From NCBI GenBank assembly GCA_965248925.1, contig CBDFLE010000006.1, positions 800,001 to 864,000 of the forward strand: a stretch of 64,000 nt of DNA, read 5' to 3'. The first letter of the stretch is position 1. Each line of letters opens with the position of its first letter. The DNA is from Candidatus Multivoradales bacterium (GTDB taxonomy: Bacteria > Acidobacteriota > Thermoanaerobaculia > Multivoradales > J023). The notes under the pieces were generated by a model. It was not told the origin of the DNA. It made no database searches and saw nothing but the letters and a program-made list of their open reading frames with translations. The translations under genes were made by a program, and so were the position numbers. This document shows positions 29,693 to 39,806 of this stretch, piece by piece.

Positions 29693-32467
29693 TCACTCAT
29701 CACTGATCTCGACCATGCCTTCGATTCCGAGGTCTGCCAGTGCCTGATGTAGATCGGCGCACAAGCTCTTGACCACCGCCCCATCAACCGTGACGCGCAA
29801 GTCAATCCCAACCTTCAGATCGGCACCAGACCGCAACTTGGGAAGCAGTTTCGTGCCAAGCCGATTCCACAACTCAGCCGGAACCTCCCCGTGGATGCGA
29901 AGTGCTCGCTTGCTGGCACTTGGCTCCAGGTCCGGGTCAGGCCTTGGTTCCGGCGCGGGCTCTTGGCCCGGTACGGATTCTGGATCCGGTGCGGGCTCTG
30001 GATCCGTACCGAACTCTGGTGGGGCAACCAGGATCTTTGCCCTGTCTTTCAAGAGCAGGAACACATCGGATTCGAAGGTGACCTCGTCCGGTCCGACCGG
30101 CCCGCGGAACCACACGCGCTCGTAGGTGCCATCCGTCTTCTGGCCGGAGGCCAGGCCAAATTCCCCTTTGCCGACGAGCTCGACGACCTTCGACTTCAGC
30201 ACGGCGTCGGGATCGACCAGTCGGGTCAACGCACCATTGAGGAAACTCTGCCGCAGACTCACCAACGGCCAGGCACCTGATTCCTTCAATGCTGGCGGCC
30301 AGTTGCGCTCGAGGTAGCCGGCACCCACCGACTCGTTGAGTACCGCTCTAGACTTGAGCGCAGTGATAATACGCCCGCAGAGGCTCTCACCGCCGCTGGC
30401 GTGCCCGGCGCCGAGGTCGATGACCGCCAGCCCATCGACTTCGCTGTTATCGGCAAACACTACGTAGCGATAGTCGCCCCAGACCTCGTCGCGCGCAGTT
30501 TCTTCGGCATCGGCTACCCTAGTCTTGATCTCGGCACACTCGGCAGGCGCGAATTCGCCACCGAGCGTGCCCTCAGCAATCTCAGTGGCAACCCGCCGCC
30601 ACGCGAGCCAGAATTCCACCTTTGCTCGTAGATCACGGCCCGGCTTCTTGATCACCCATACAATGGCACCAGGATAGAGGCGGGGCGACTTGCCGCGATG
30701 CTTCGTCCATTCAGCCAGATCTTCTCGCACCCGGCCGCTCCCCGACCAGTTGCTGTTGGGGTCAACCACCACCAGCGTAAGCCTCGGCGAGTCCTGAATC
30801 GCAGCCCCATCAGCAGGAAAGTACTGCCGTGGAATACTCGCGCCTTTGTCGAACTCCTTCTGAATCAACGACCTCATGGCCGGCTGAATCTCTGACTGCT
30901 CATCCAACGAAGCCCGGCGGTCGCTAACCACTTTCTTCAAGGTCGGCTGATGGCTGATCTTGAACCCGTCCGAGCCAACTCGGCGAATGAAGTAGGCCCG
31001 ATCCTCGAGGGCCAAAGTAGCGGTGTCTACCGATGTCGTGTCCACATCGGGTTCACCTAGCGCAAAACGCAGCTCCGGCAGGTGGGCCACCTTGTCTACT
31101 TGTCCACCCGAAGACTCGAATAGAACTGCCATCCCCACACGCCGGTGAATATCGAGTAGGGGGGCCTTGGTATCCGCATCCAGCGCGCGGGCGTGCGATT
31201 GTGCTCCCGCAATATCGGTTTCGATAGCTGCCATGAGGCGTGGCTCGCCGAGTTGGCCGAGAACAACGCTCCGGAGCTCAGGCTGGTCGAGGGGTGCCGA
31301 GCCGAGTGTGATCAGGGGCTCGCGGCGCGCCTTGGCGAAGGCATCCTTCTGCGCCCAGGAGATCCACTGGGCCAGCATGGCGAGGGTGCCTCTGGTCTGC
31401 TGAAACTGAGGCAATGCCTGCCATTTGCGTTGAAAGACCGAGAGTGTCGCTGGGTGGAACGGGTAGCAAGACTCGAAGCGGGCGCGCAGGTGCTCGCGCG
31501 CTTTGGCTTCCGTAGCAGTGCTGTCCACCGCCGTCCACTCAGGCGGCAGCCGCGCCCGGCGTTCGAAGCACCAGTCGGCGTAGATCTTGGAAACCTTCTT
31601 GCGCTGGCGTTCGGGTCCAATATCGTCAAACAGGCGCCGACGCACGACTTCGCCGATCTCGGCTTCGTCGTTGGCGATCAGATCCTTGGCCACTCGCCTC
31701 ACGACCTTGGTGATCTTCTCCTGCCACTCGAGATCGAATTCGGTCATCTCGACCTGGCTGCGCGGCAGGCTGATCACCACCGCCCCCCGCGTGGTGGCGG
31801 TCATTGCCACGGTCAGGTTCTGGATGAATGCGTAGAAGGAGTCGGCGAGCTTGCGATGACGGTTGACGAAGTTCAATACCTCGTCAAAGAGCACCAGGAC
31901 CGGCGCGTTCGCAGCGGTAAAAATTCGCCCCAAGGCCTCTGTGCCGGGGGGCGTCGTCTTTGCTTCCGTGCCGAGTTCAGCTACGCCTCGATCGCCAGCG
32001 ATCTGACCGGCAAGATCGATCCAGGGCGTCTCGCGCCCTTCTCGAGGATCCCAGGCGTTGCCAACAAATGCCGCGACCTTCGCTTGCGGCGCTTGCGAGA
32101 GACCGGCACCTTGCAGCAGGTCAGCGACCCCGTCCAGACCGTTCACGTCATGGCCGGAAGTGACCAGATGATAGAGGGCTGTCAAGGTGTGCGTCTTGCC
32201 GCCGCCAAACTGAGTCACCAGCATCATCACCGGCGACGTGTTCGCCGTTTTCCCGGCCAATCGGCGCAGCACCATCCCAGAATGTTCACGCAGAGCCCGG
32301 GTAAAGCAGGTGCGGGCGAAGAATTGGGTCGGGTCGCGATAGTCTTCCGGCGCCGTCCCGCCCACCACCTGTTCCAGATGGATGGCGAACTCGTCGGGAT
32401 TGAAGGAGCGTCCTTCGCGCACCTCCTGGCGCGGTGTGGCGACTTTGTACCAGGGTTCGAGAGCCAT
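29693..32467 (-). CDS. DUF499 AAA+ ATPase (BrxC-related)
   Basis: EFAIHL, TQFGGGKTH Walker A, LFDE Walker B, YPFHP, FQQTRGTL. Confidence 0.9.
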   Translation of the reverse strand: MALEPWYKVATPRQEVREGRSFNPDEFAIHLEQVVGGTAPEDYRDPTQFFARTCFTRALREHSGMVLRRLAGKTANTSPVMMLVTQFGGGKTHTLTALYHLVTSGHDVNGLDGVADLLQGAGLSQAPQAKVAAFVGNAWDPREGRETPWIDLAGQIAGDRGVAELGTEAKTTPPGTEALGRIFTAANAPVLVLFDEVLNFVNRHRKLADSFYAFIQNLTVAMTATTRGAVVISLPRSQVEMTEFDLEWQEKITKVVRRVAKDLIANDEAEIGEVVRRRLFDDIGPERQRKKVSKIYADWCFERRARLPPEWTAVDSTATEAKAREHLRARFESCYPFHPATLSVFQRKWQALPQFQQTRGTLAMLAQWISWAQKDAFAKARREPLITLGSAPLDQPELRSVVLGQLGEPRLMAAIETDIAGAQSHARALDADTKAPLLDIHRRVGMAVLFESSGGQVDKVAHLPELRFALGEPDVDTTSVDTATLALEDRAYFIRRVGSDGFKISHQPTLKKVVSDRRASLDEQSEIQPAMRSLIQKEFDKGASIPRQYFPADGAAIQDSPRLTLVVVDPNSNWSGSGRVREDLAEWTKHRGKSPRLYPGAIVWVIKKPGRDLRAKVEFWLAWRRVATEIAEGTLGGEFAPAECAEIKTRVADAEETARDEVWGDYRYVVFADNSEVDGLAVIDLGAGHASGGESLCGRIITALKSRAVLNESVGAGYLERNWPPALKESGAWPLVSLRQSFLNGALTRLVDPDAVLKSKVVELVGKGEFGLASGQKTDGTYERVWFRGPVGPDEVTFESDVFLLLKDRAKILVAPPEFGTDPEPAPDPESVPGQEPAPEPRPDPDLEPSASKRALRIHGEVPAELWNRLGTKLLPKLRSGADLKVGIDLRVTVDGAVVKSLCADLHQALADLGIEGMVEISDE

Positions 32468-32471
32468 AGGG

Positions 32472-33437
32472 TTACTCCATGGGCCAGCGCAGTTTGTCGA
32501 AGAGCGCCAAAGATGACTTCTTTAGTCGGGCGAGATTCGCATAGGCGATCGGTGCGAAGCTTTGCTTGCAATCGAATGCACGGTAACGGAATCCGTCGGT
32601 TACCACCACGTCTCGGGGAGTACCTAGTTTAGCTACATACGCTTCCGCTTGCTGACGTGCACCTTCGAGCCCGGTACCGAGGCGCTTGGCCTCGATCACG
32701 AAGCAGCAGCTCTCCGGCCTGCGTGGCAGCGCTTCGAAAAGTGCCACGTCGATACGGCGCCATTCGATGGCGATGTTCTCTGGTGGCCAGCCGAGTGCTC
32801 GCAAGAACGGCACGGTGAAGTGGGCTACCATCTCATTCTCGTTGGGGGCGGCACCCATGCGCTCCTCGTCACCATACAGTCCGGCCAAGTCCCGCGCCAA
32901 GCCCACCACGTTGCGCAGATTCGCCGGCACCTCGTCCAACGGCGCTTCCACCGCCGGCAGAACGGGCAGTGGCGCCTCTTGCCAGCGAGTGAGGCCAGAA
33001 GCGAGGAAGCTATGAGCATAATCCAGCACCTCGGCACTCTGCACTCGCGAGCAGCGCATCGGGCTAGCACCCAAGACGGAGCCTTCAAAGCGGTACGTTT
33101 CCGGCAACGGGCACCAGCGCACTCTCCTACCGTGCCGTAGATCCCAACCGTTGACGTCATCGAACGGCTTCAGGTACTCGTACCCACCGGCTACCAGGCC
33201 GACCGCGGCAATGGTGTCAACGGCGGTACGGAGGAGCAGAAGATCGTCGACCTCGAGGTCTTGCGCAAAGCGGCGCAAGAAACCGTACTTCTTGCCGTGA
33301 CCATGTTCTGGTCGCCAGGGGCCATCCCCACCCGGGCCGAGCAGCGCCACACCGTATTTCAGAAAGACCTCGGCATATGGGCGGCCCACCGGCCCGCCCG
33401 AGATCTGCCAGACGGCGGGAGTGCGCGCCCCCCTCAT
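32472..33437 (-). CDS. Putative restriction endonuclease: N-terminal PUA/EVE-like domain plus HsdR-N-like PD-(D/E)XK domain
   Basis: NE..V...VPFLRALGW, IDVAL, IEAK, QA..Y and VVTDG motifs in the C-terminal half. Confidence 0.65.
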   Translation of the reverse strand: MRGARTPAVWQISGGPVGRPYAEVFLKYGVALLGPGGDGPWRPEHGHGKKYGFLRRFAQDLEVDDLLLLRTAVDTIAAVGLVAGGYEYLKPFDDVNGWDLRHGRRVRWCPLPETYRFEGSVLGASPMRCSRVQSAEVLDYAHSFLASGLTRWQEAPLPVLPAVEAPLDEVPANLRNVVGLARDLAGLYGDEERMGAAPNENEMVAHFTVPFLRALGWPPENIAIEWRRIDVALFEALPRRPESCCFVIEAKRLGTGLEGARQQAEAYVAKLGTPRDVVVTDGFRYRAFDCKQSFAPIAYANLARLKKSSLALFDKLRWPME

Positions 33438-34584
33438 CGGCCTGCCCTCATCCGCGCCGCCTTCCAATCAGCAGATCTCACCCCGTCCTGCCCCATCGGC
33501 TCTGGACGAACTTGACTGCCTCGTTGATCGGGAGGGCCCGGGTGGCGTTGCCTGAGCGAAGGAAGAAGGTCGCGCTCGGACCCTCCTTAACGTACACCGC
33601 GTGATCACACGCCTCGATGGTGATCTGACAAACGTCCTGGCCGTCGATCGCGTGAAAGGTGACCGTGAGAAACGGCGCCACGGCCTCGCCCAAGTCTCTC
33701 CCCGCGAGTTGCCTCAGGTGCAGCTCGAAGCCGTCCCGGTCCTTCTTCCTCAGAGAGTCGTAGTCCGTGCCGATCCCAACGGCCTTGCCGTCGTCATCGA
33801 CACCGATGAGCAGGGTGCCGCCGTTCTTGCTGTTCAAGAACCCGGCCGCTGTCTTGATGACGACCTTCTCCAGCGCCTTGTTGACCTTGCCCTCCCTGCG
33901 GTCCCAACGCAGGCTCGACTTGAACTCGAAGGTGTCGCTCTCACCGGCAGCCATGCGCTGCCTCACTGCCGCCTCGTCGGTGGGATCGTCGGAATCGACC
34001 GGCGACCAGCTGGCGATGAAAACATTCATCGCTTCGGCGAGCTGATGGCGGCGTGCGGCCAGGAAGTCGAGGTAGTTCTCGGGATCCCAGAGCGTGCGGT
34101 CCATGGGGACGCACTGGGCGCGCAGAGCGCCAGGCTGGTTGTCCTCCACCTGCGGCAGGTACTTGTCGGGCGGGGTCGACGAGATCGACCGGTTCGCTTT
34201 TCGGGTGAGGAAGGCTCGGTTGGCCAGCTTGCCTATTCCGACGAAACTGACCAGCCATTCCGATCGAAACCGACCACTTGTCGGAGCGAAGCGACGCTGG
34301 CGCTCTCCTCAGTTGTAAGTGTCCACTTTCGCTGTAGCTGGAGCCCTCCTTCCGGCTCTTCTTCTTGATTGATTGTATTCAAATAACCCGTCGTCGGGGC
34401 TGTGCGTAGCTGTGGGAAACGCAGGTTGGGGGGCAGGGGGGCGTTTTCCAAGCGGTTGTGGGAATCGCAGAGCGATTTCCACAACCGCGGCAGCTTCCAC
34501 AGTCCATCTTGGGTCGGGTCCGGATCGGGCCGCAGGCCCGCTGATGGGTCAGGATCGGCGATCGCTTCAGCATGCTCTTGGATC

Positions 34585-35349
34585 TCACCTTGCCTCTCGC
34601 TGGGCGGCCTTGCGAATACCGCCGGCTCTCTTCGCCCGCATGGAGTCACCGTCCACCGCGAGCTTGTAGGCGCCGTGGACAATGCGATCGAGGATGGCGT
34701 CGGCCAAGGTCGGATCGCCGATGACCTCGTACCAGCTCTCAACCGGTAGCTGGGAGGTCACCAGCGTGGAGCGGTTGCCGTAGCGGTCCTCAAGAATCTC
34801 GAGCAGGTCGCGCCGCTCGCTGGCCCCGATCGGCGCCAGCCCCCAGTCGTCGAGGATGAGCAGGTCTGTGCGAGCATAGCTCTTGAGCAGCTTCTCGTAG
34901 CTACCATCACCCCGCGCGATGGCGAGCTGGCGAAACAGCCTCGGCACCCGCAGGTACAAAGCGGTGTAACCCTCCCGACATGCCTTGTGCGCGAAGGCGC
35001 AGGCGAGAAAGGTCTTGCCCACCCCGGCCTTGCCGGTGATCAGCACGTTGAGATGCTCGGCGATCCACTGGCACGAGGCCAGGCGCAGGATCTGGCCTTT
35101 GTCCAGGCCCCTCTTGGCTCGCCAGTCGATGTCTTCGATGGCCGCCTGCTCGCGCAGCTTGGCTTTTCGCAACCGCGCTATCAAGCGGCGGCTGGATCGC
35201 TCGGTCGCTTCGCGCTCGACCAGCAGCCCGAGGCGCTCTTCGAAGGAGAGCTCTGAGACATCGACCATCGACAGCTGCTCCTCAAAGGCTTTGGCCATAC
35301 CGTGGAGCTTGAGCGCGGCGAGTTGATCGAGCGTCGCGTGCCTCAGCAT
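34585..35349 (-). CDS. istB: IS21 helper ATPase IstB
   Basis: GKAGVGKT, LLILDDWG, TSQLP and DAILDR motifs. Confidence 0.95.
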   Translation of the reverse strand: MLRHATLDQLAALKLHGMAKAFEEQLSMVDVSELSFEERLGLLVEREATERSSRRLIARLRKAKLREQAAIEDIDWRAKRGLDKGQILRLASCQWIAEHLNVLITGKAGVGKTFLACAFAHKACREGYTALYLRVPRLFRQLAIARGDGSYEKLLKSYARTDLLILDDWGLAPIGASERRDLLEILEDRYGNRSTLVTSQLPVESWYEVIGDPTLADAILDRIVHGAYKLAVDGDSMRAKRAGGIRKAAQREAR

Positions 35350-36917
35350 GGCGGCGTCTCCTCGCGGCGCGCGGCACTGTAGTAGCTGGCGCCGCGGACG
35401 TTGCGGTGCTCGATCGGCGCCGTCACTTCGGTGGGCTCGGGCGCTGCTTGCTGGTCCAGGCCGCTCTTCAGGATCGACTTCACGCTCTTGTAGGACAGGC
35501 CGTGAATGGCGAGCGCGCGGCGGCACGCAGCCTCCAAACGATTGGCACCATAGGTCTTGCCCAGGCGCATCAGCCCCAGACACGAGCGAAAGCCGTGCTG
35601 AGGATGGGAGCGGTTAAGCATGATGGTCTCCACCAGTTCGGCCGTCGCCTGGCCTGTTTTCGCCGCCCAGCTGATCAGCCGTGTCGGTGTCCACTCCAGG
35701 TACGCCTGGTGCGCTTTGGGCATGTGCTCGCTTTGGGTCGTGTGCCGGCCCCGACACCGATTCCGGCGATGAGCAGCCACACGCTTGCCGCGATCGAGCA
35801 CCTCCACCAGTTGCGCCGTCGCCCGCAGATCGAGCTGCTTCTTGATCAGCTGGTACGGCACACTGTAATAGTGGCCCTCGAACTCGACGTGGTAGTCCGG
35901 GGCAACGCGTACCTTCTTCCATTCGGCAAGCTCGTAGGGCTGGAGCGGCAAAGCACCCAGAGCAGGACGATCGACCTGCTCGAACAGCGCTCGGCGCGAG
36001 ACGCCCAACACCTTCAGCGGACGGTCGTTAAGCTCGACCAGAAGCTTCGCGATGCTCTCGTTGAGCTCTCGCAGGCTGAAGAACTGCTGGTTACGCAGCC
36101 GGGCCAGAATCCAGCGCTCCACTTGCAATACACCGTTTTCGACCTTCGCCTTGTCTTGGGGCTTCCTCACCCGCGCCGGCACCACCGCCACGCCGTAGTG
36201 CTCGGCCAACTCCGCGTAGGTGCGATTGATCTCCGGCTCGTAGCGGCACGGGCTGGTCACGCCGCTCTTCAGATTGTCCGGCACCACCAGCTCGCTCACC
36301 CCGCCCAGAGCCGCGAAGGTCCGCACATGAGAGCCGAGCCAGTCCTCCAGGCCCTGGCTCCACGTTGCCTCGGCATAGGTGTAGTTGCTCGCCCCCAGCA
36401 CCGCCACGAAGATCTGCGCTTCGCGCTCTTTGCCAGTCGCCGGGTCGATCACCCTCACGGTCTGTCCGGCGTAGTCGACGAACAGCTTCTCGCCCGCCCG
36501 GTAGGCTTGGCGCAGGCACACATCCAGGCGACCTTCCCAGATCCGGTACAGCTGACAGAAGCGGCTGAAACCGTAGCCGTCGGGATGGTCCTCCCGGTAC
36601 TCTTGCCACAGCAGCGACAGGGTTACGCCCTTCTTCTTCAGCTCGCCATGCACCTTGGTCCAGTCGGGCAAGGCTCGCTGACTACCCCTCCGAAGCGGCT
36701 GCGGCCGAGGGTACAGGCGTTGCTCCAGCTCAGCGTCGCTCAAAGCTGCTACTTGCTCCCAGCTCAGGCCTTCAACCTTGGCTCGCAGCAGGTAGTTGCA
36801 CACCGTCCCGTGGCCCAGCCGAACCGACCGTCCGATCTGGCGGTGCGACAGGCCATGCTGCCATTTCAGTCTCAGTACCTCGCGTATCTTGCGCATCGAT
36901 GTCCTCACTCTCGGCAT
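35343..36917 (-). CDS. istA: IS21 transposase IstA
   Basis: N-terminal HTH, VDYAG, VPDNLK, DKAKVE, YSVPY. Confidence 0.95.
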   Translation of the reverse strand: MPRVRTSMRKIREVLRLKWQHGLSHRQIGRSVRLGHGTVCNYLLRAKVEGLSWEQVAALSDAELEQRLYPRPQPLRRGSQRALPDWTKVHGELKKKGVTLSLLWQEYREDHPDGYGFSRFCQLYRIWEGRLDVCLRQAYRAGEKLFVDYAGQTVRVIDPATGKEREAQIFVAVLGASNYTYAEATWSQGLEDWLGSHVRTFAALGGVSELVVPDNLKSGVTSPCRYEPEINRTYAELAEHYGVAVVPARVRKPQDKAKVENGVLQVERWILARLRNQQFFSLRELNESIAKLLVELNDRPLKVLGVSRRALFEQVDRPALGALPLQPYELAEWKKVRVAPDYHVEFEGHYYSVPYQLIKKQLDLRATAQLVEVLDRGKRVAAHRRNRCRGRHTTQSEHMPKAHQAYLEWTPTRLISWAAKTGQATAELVETIMLNRSHPQHGFRSCLGLMRLGKTYGANRLEAACRRALAIHGLSYKSVKSILKSGLDQQAAPEPTEVTAPIEHRNVRGASYYSAARREETPPC

Positions 36918-39806
36918 CCAATCCTCCTTTCAAGGAGGCTGGAATACCCCAATTGTGAGGAGCGCGCTACCGTCGAACTCCGCCGTGGCCAGGATTCCGA
37001 TCCAATCTGACCACCCATTCCGATCGACCCGGAAAAGTGGTCACTTTCGATCGGAATCGATGGTCAGATTCCGTTGGAATCACTGGTCACTTTCAATCGG
37101 AATCGGTGGTCGGTTTCCGTCGGTGCAGGCAGCCAGCTCGTTGATCACCTTCTTGTCTTCGGTCCCGTCATACCCCTCTTTTCGGAGCACCGCCTTGGGA
37201 ACGATGTGGTGAGATTCAAGCCCGTTCTTCCTCCCCACTGCCTTGTCGTAGAGACGGATGCCGGTGAACCAATCCCGCGCCTCGCGGGCCCGGGCCAGGA
37301 CATAGCTGAACTTGGCCAGTGGGGTGCCTGCGCCTCCCACGGCCAGATCCGAGGCTTCAAGCTCTATGCGCCCACGCTCACGCAAGATTGCGCTCTCCAG
37401 CTCCGGGGTCGGATCCGGATCGCGTCCAGCAACCAGCGCCACGTCCTGCTGCAGCTTGGTTTCGGTCGAGCCGGAATAGCGCGCCCAGATCCCCGCCAGG
37501 TACATCCAGCGGATGAACCGGCGCTTGATGGCAGCCGTGGGGAAGGCGCCATCCTGTCGCGCCAGGTAGATCGTCATTGGTACCAGAACATAGTTCGTAG
37601 GCAGGTCCCGGAGATCGTCCACAAAGGCGTCGTGACGCAGGACGTTGACAAGGTGTTCGAAAGCGGTCTGCATCTTCTTCCACCCAGCCTGCAGGTCTTC
37701 CGCTGCGACGTGAATGAACGCGCCTTCCAGCATCACCGAGCCGGTGGCGACGCCGGCAAGGCAGCGCACAATGAAGTTGAAGTCGACTCCGAATCCGTGG
37801 CCGCGCATGGCGCCCTGGAACGTGCGCATCTCTTCGCGGGCCTCAGGCCAGATGCTACAGATGTGGGCAAGGGCAAGGTCGGCTTTGGTCAGGGTCGTAC
37901 CCGCCTTGTTCACCCGATTGAAGATGTCGACCACTTGCTCGACCGTGAACTCGTCACCGGAGACCTGGTCGACGGTGTAGGTGTAGTCGCGGATCTGATC
38001 GAGCCGACTCAAACGGCCTAGGTTCTGCTGGATGAGCTCGCGCTGCGCCTCCCCGAGCTTGCCCAGGTTCTCAAGCATTAAGCTCAGCCCCTGGCGCAGG
38101 AATTCATGGACGCTCATCCAGGCCGGGTTCTTGTTCATCAGCGTTTTCTGCCAGAACCGAAACTCCTCCGTCTGGATATTGAAATAGAGATCGAAGAAGA
38201 GGGATTCGCCCTCGTAGAAGGGTGGCGCCTTGCCTTCGAAGAGCACATGCAGGCTGGTCAGACGTTGCTGCCCATCAAGAAGCAGCAGCGAGTGACCATC
38301 CCCGCGCACCTCTCCGCCGCGAACCGCAGACGGCTTGTAGGTCTTCCAGATGAGCAGGTGCCCGGTGGGGTGCTTGCGGTAGAGGGACTGAGCGAGACCT
38401 CGGACCTGAGCGCGACTCCACACGTAGCCGCGCTGGAACTCGGGCAGCAGAATCTCTCCGCGGCGAATCTGACTGAGCAGATCCTGGATCGATCTCACCT
38501 CGTGCATGGGTTTTTCCTCGCCTCAATGATCATGGCCTCTAACTCCCTCATCGCGGTACCGCCAGGAGCATGGCGTCGAGGAGGCGTTTTTCCTCGCAGC
38601 CCTTGGGATAGAGCGCCGAGAGCGCGTTGGCGAGACGCAAGAAGTCCGGACCGCGGTCCTGCTCAGCACTGAGCAGACGGCGGAGTGCGTTGGCCTGACC
38701 GCTCGCTTGTAGCAACATCGCCGCATGCACGCGGTCCAGCGTCGTGGCGTCAGGGGACTGGAGCTCGGCGTCGCCGCCGAGGATCGCTTTCTTTGTACGG
38801 CTGCGGGCTTTCTTCTTTGGCGCGGCTGCCATCTCGGGGAATAGTTTGCCTTGCAGGTCGCCACTGGCATCGCTCTCTATCCAATCTGCAGCGGCGCGGG
38901 TACCGTCCTCGCCGAAAAGCGCCTTGGCCCGCTCAGATACAGGTAGAAGGCGCACCACACCCTTGTCTTGGACGATGATGCGATCGGTCCAGACGTCGAG
39001 ATCGATGCCCATCGGCTGAGCAATGCGGCGCACTACGTCGAAGGGGAGACTGAAGCCCTTGGCGGCGACCTTGGCGATTGCTTCGTCGTCGCCATCTCCT
39101 TGCTTGCCGTTCTCCTCACCTGCCTCGGTACTTTCAAACGTCCAGAGGAAGAGCGCGGTTAGCCGCGCGTCCTCTTCCAGCGCTCCGGTCGTGGTATCGC
39201 CGTTGCCGAGCACCTGCCCCAGCGCGGCGCGGCCCACCACCTCCCAAACCTTCTCCAGGTACTCGGGGAGGCCAACCTCGCGACCCTCGGGGGTCTCCAC
39301 CGTCCGGTAACGACTGAAGATCTCCAGCGCCGGCCCAATGCAGGCAAAGACCAGATCCGCGCCGCGGATGCCCTCACTCTGCAAGCGCTCGATCCAGGCG
39401 GCGACGCGGGGTGGAAGCTCACGCAGAACCTCGGCCCAGTCGCCGATCCGCGCGTCGTCGGGCCGCGGTCGGCAGATGAGGTGGACGCTGGTGGCGAGTG
39501 CAGCGGAGTTGCGGGCGCGCAGACGCGTTGCCATCTCGGTAGCGATAGGCCAGGATCCGGTGATGGTCCAGCCGCCGCGGATCATGCCTGAGAGGAGTGC
39601 TTCCCAGCCCTCCGTGGTCTTGTGGGCAAAGACTACCGACCCAATACCGTCTTCGCGAAGGATTCGGCGACCTTCCGCAAATGCAGCAGCCATACCGTCC
39701 TCGAAAAACTTTTGATCCTTGTCGCTATATCGCTCCGAATCCCAATGTGACATCTCACACAGTTCCCCAGCCTTTGGAGTCCAGAACTCCTGACATACCC
39801 TTTTTC

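Larger units (their letters stand above)
34230..37131 (-). mobile_element. IS21-family element
   Basis: TG...CA ends with imperfect IRs, multiple subterminal ~23-bp repeats, 7-bp TSD GCCAGCT (34223-34229, 37132-37138). Confidence 0.93.
33478..38507 (-). pseudogene. GmrSD (DUF262 + HNH DUF1524) - Schlafen/AlbA_2 fusion, split by IS21 (706 aa rebuilt)
   Basis: PEFQRGYVW, LDGQQRLT and FNRVN (DUF262); SHHIVP...NELANRAFL...ANRSI (HNH) spans the IS; ESDTFEFKSS and FLNSKNGGTLLIGVDD (AlbA_2). Confidence 0.85.

Noticed and set aside
36990-37131. Regularly spaced ~23-bp repeats that look like a mini CRISPR array
   Set aside because: No unique spacers and no cas genes; these are the multiple terminal repeats typical of IS21 ends, mirrored at 34230-34290
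39772-39790. Alternative 7-bp TSD (TGGAGTC) for the IS in the methylase gene
   Set aside because: It would cut into the matching CCAGA...TCTGG inverted-repeat ends; the 3-bp AGT duplication fits better, and both readings restore the same frame
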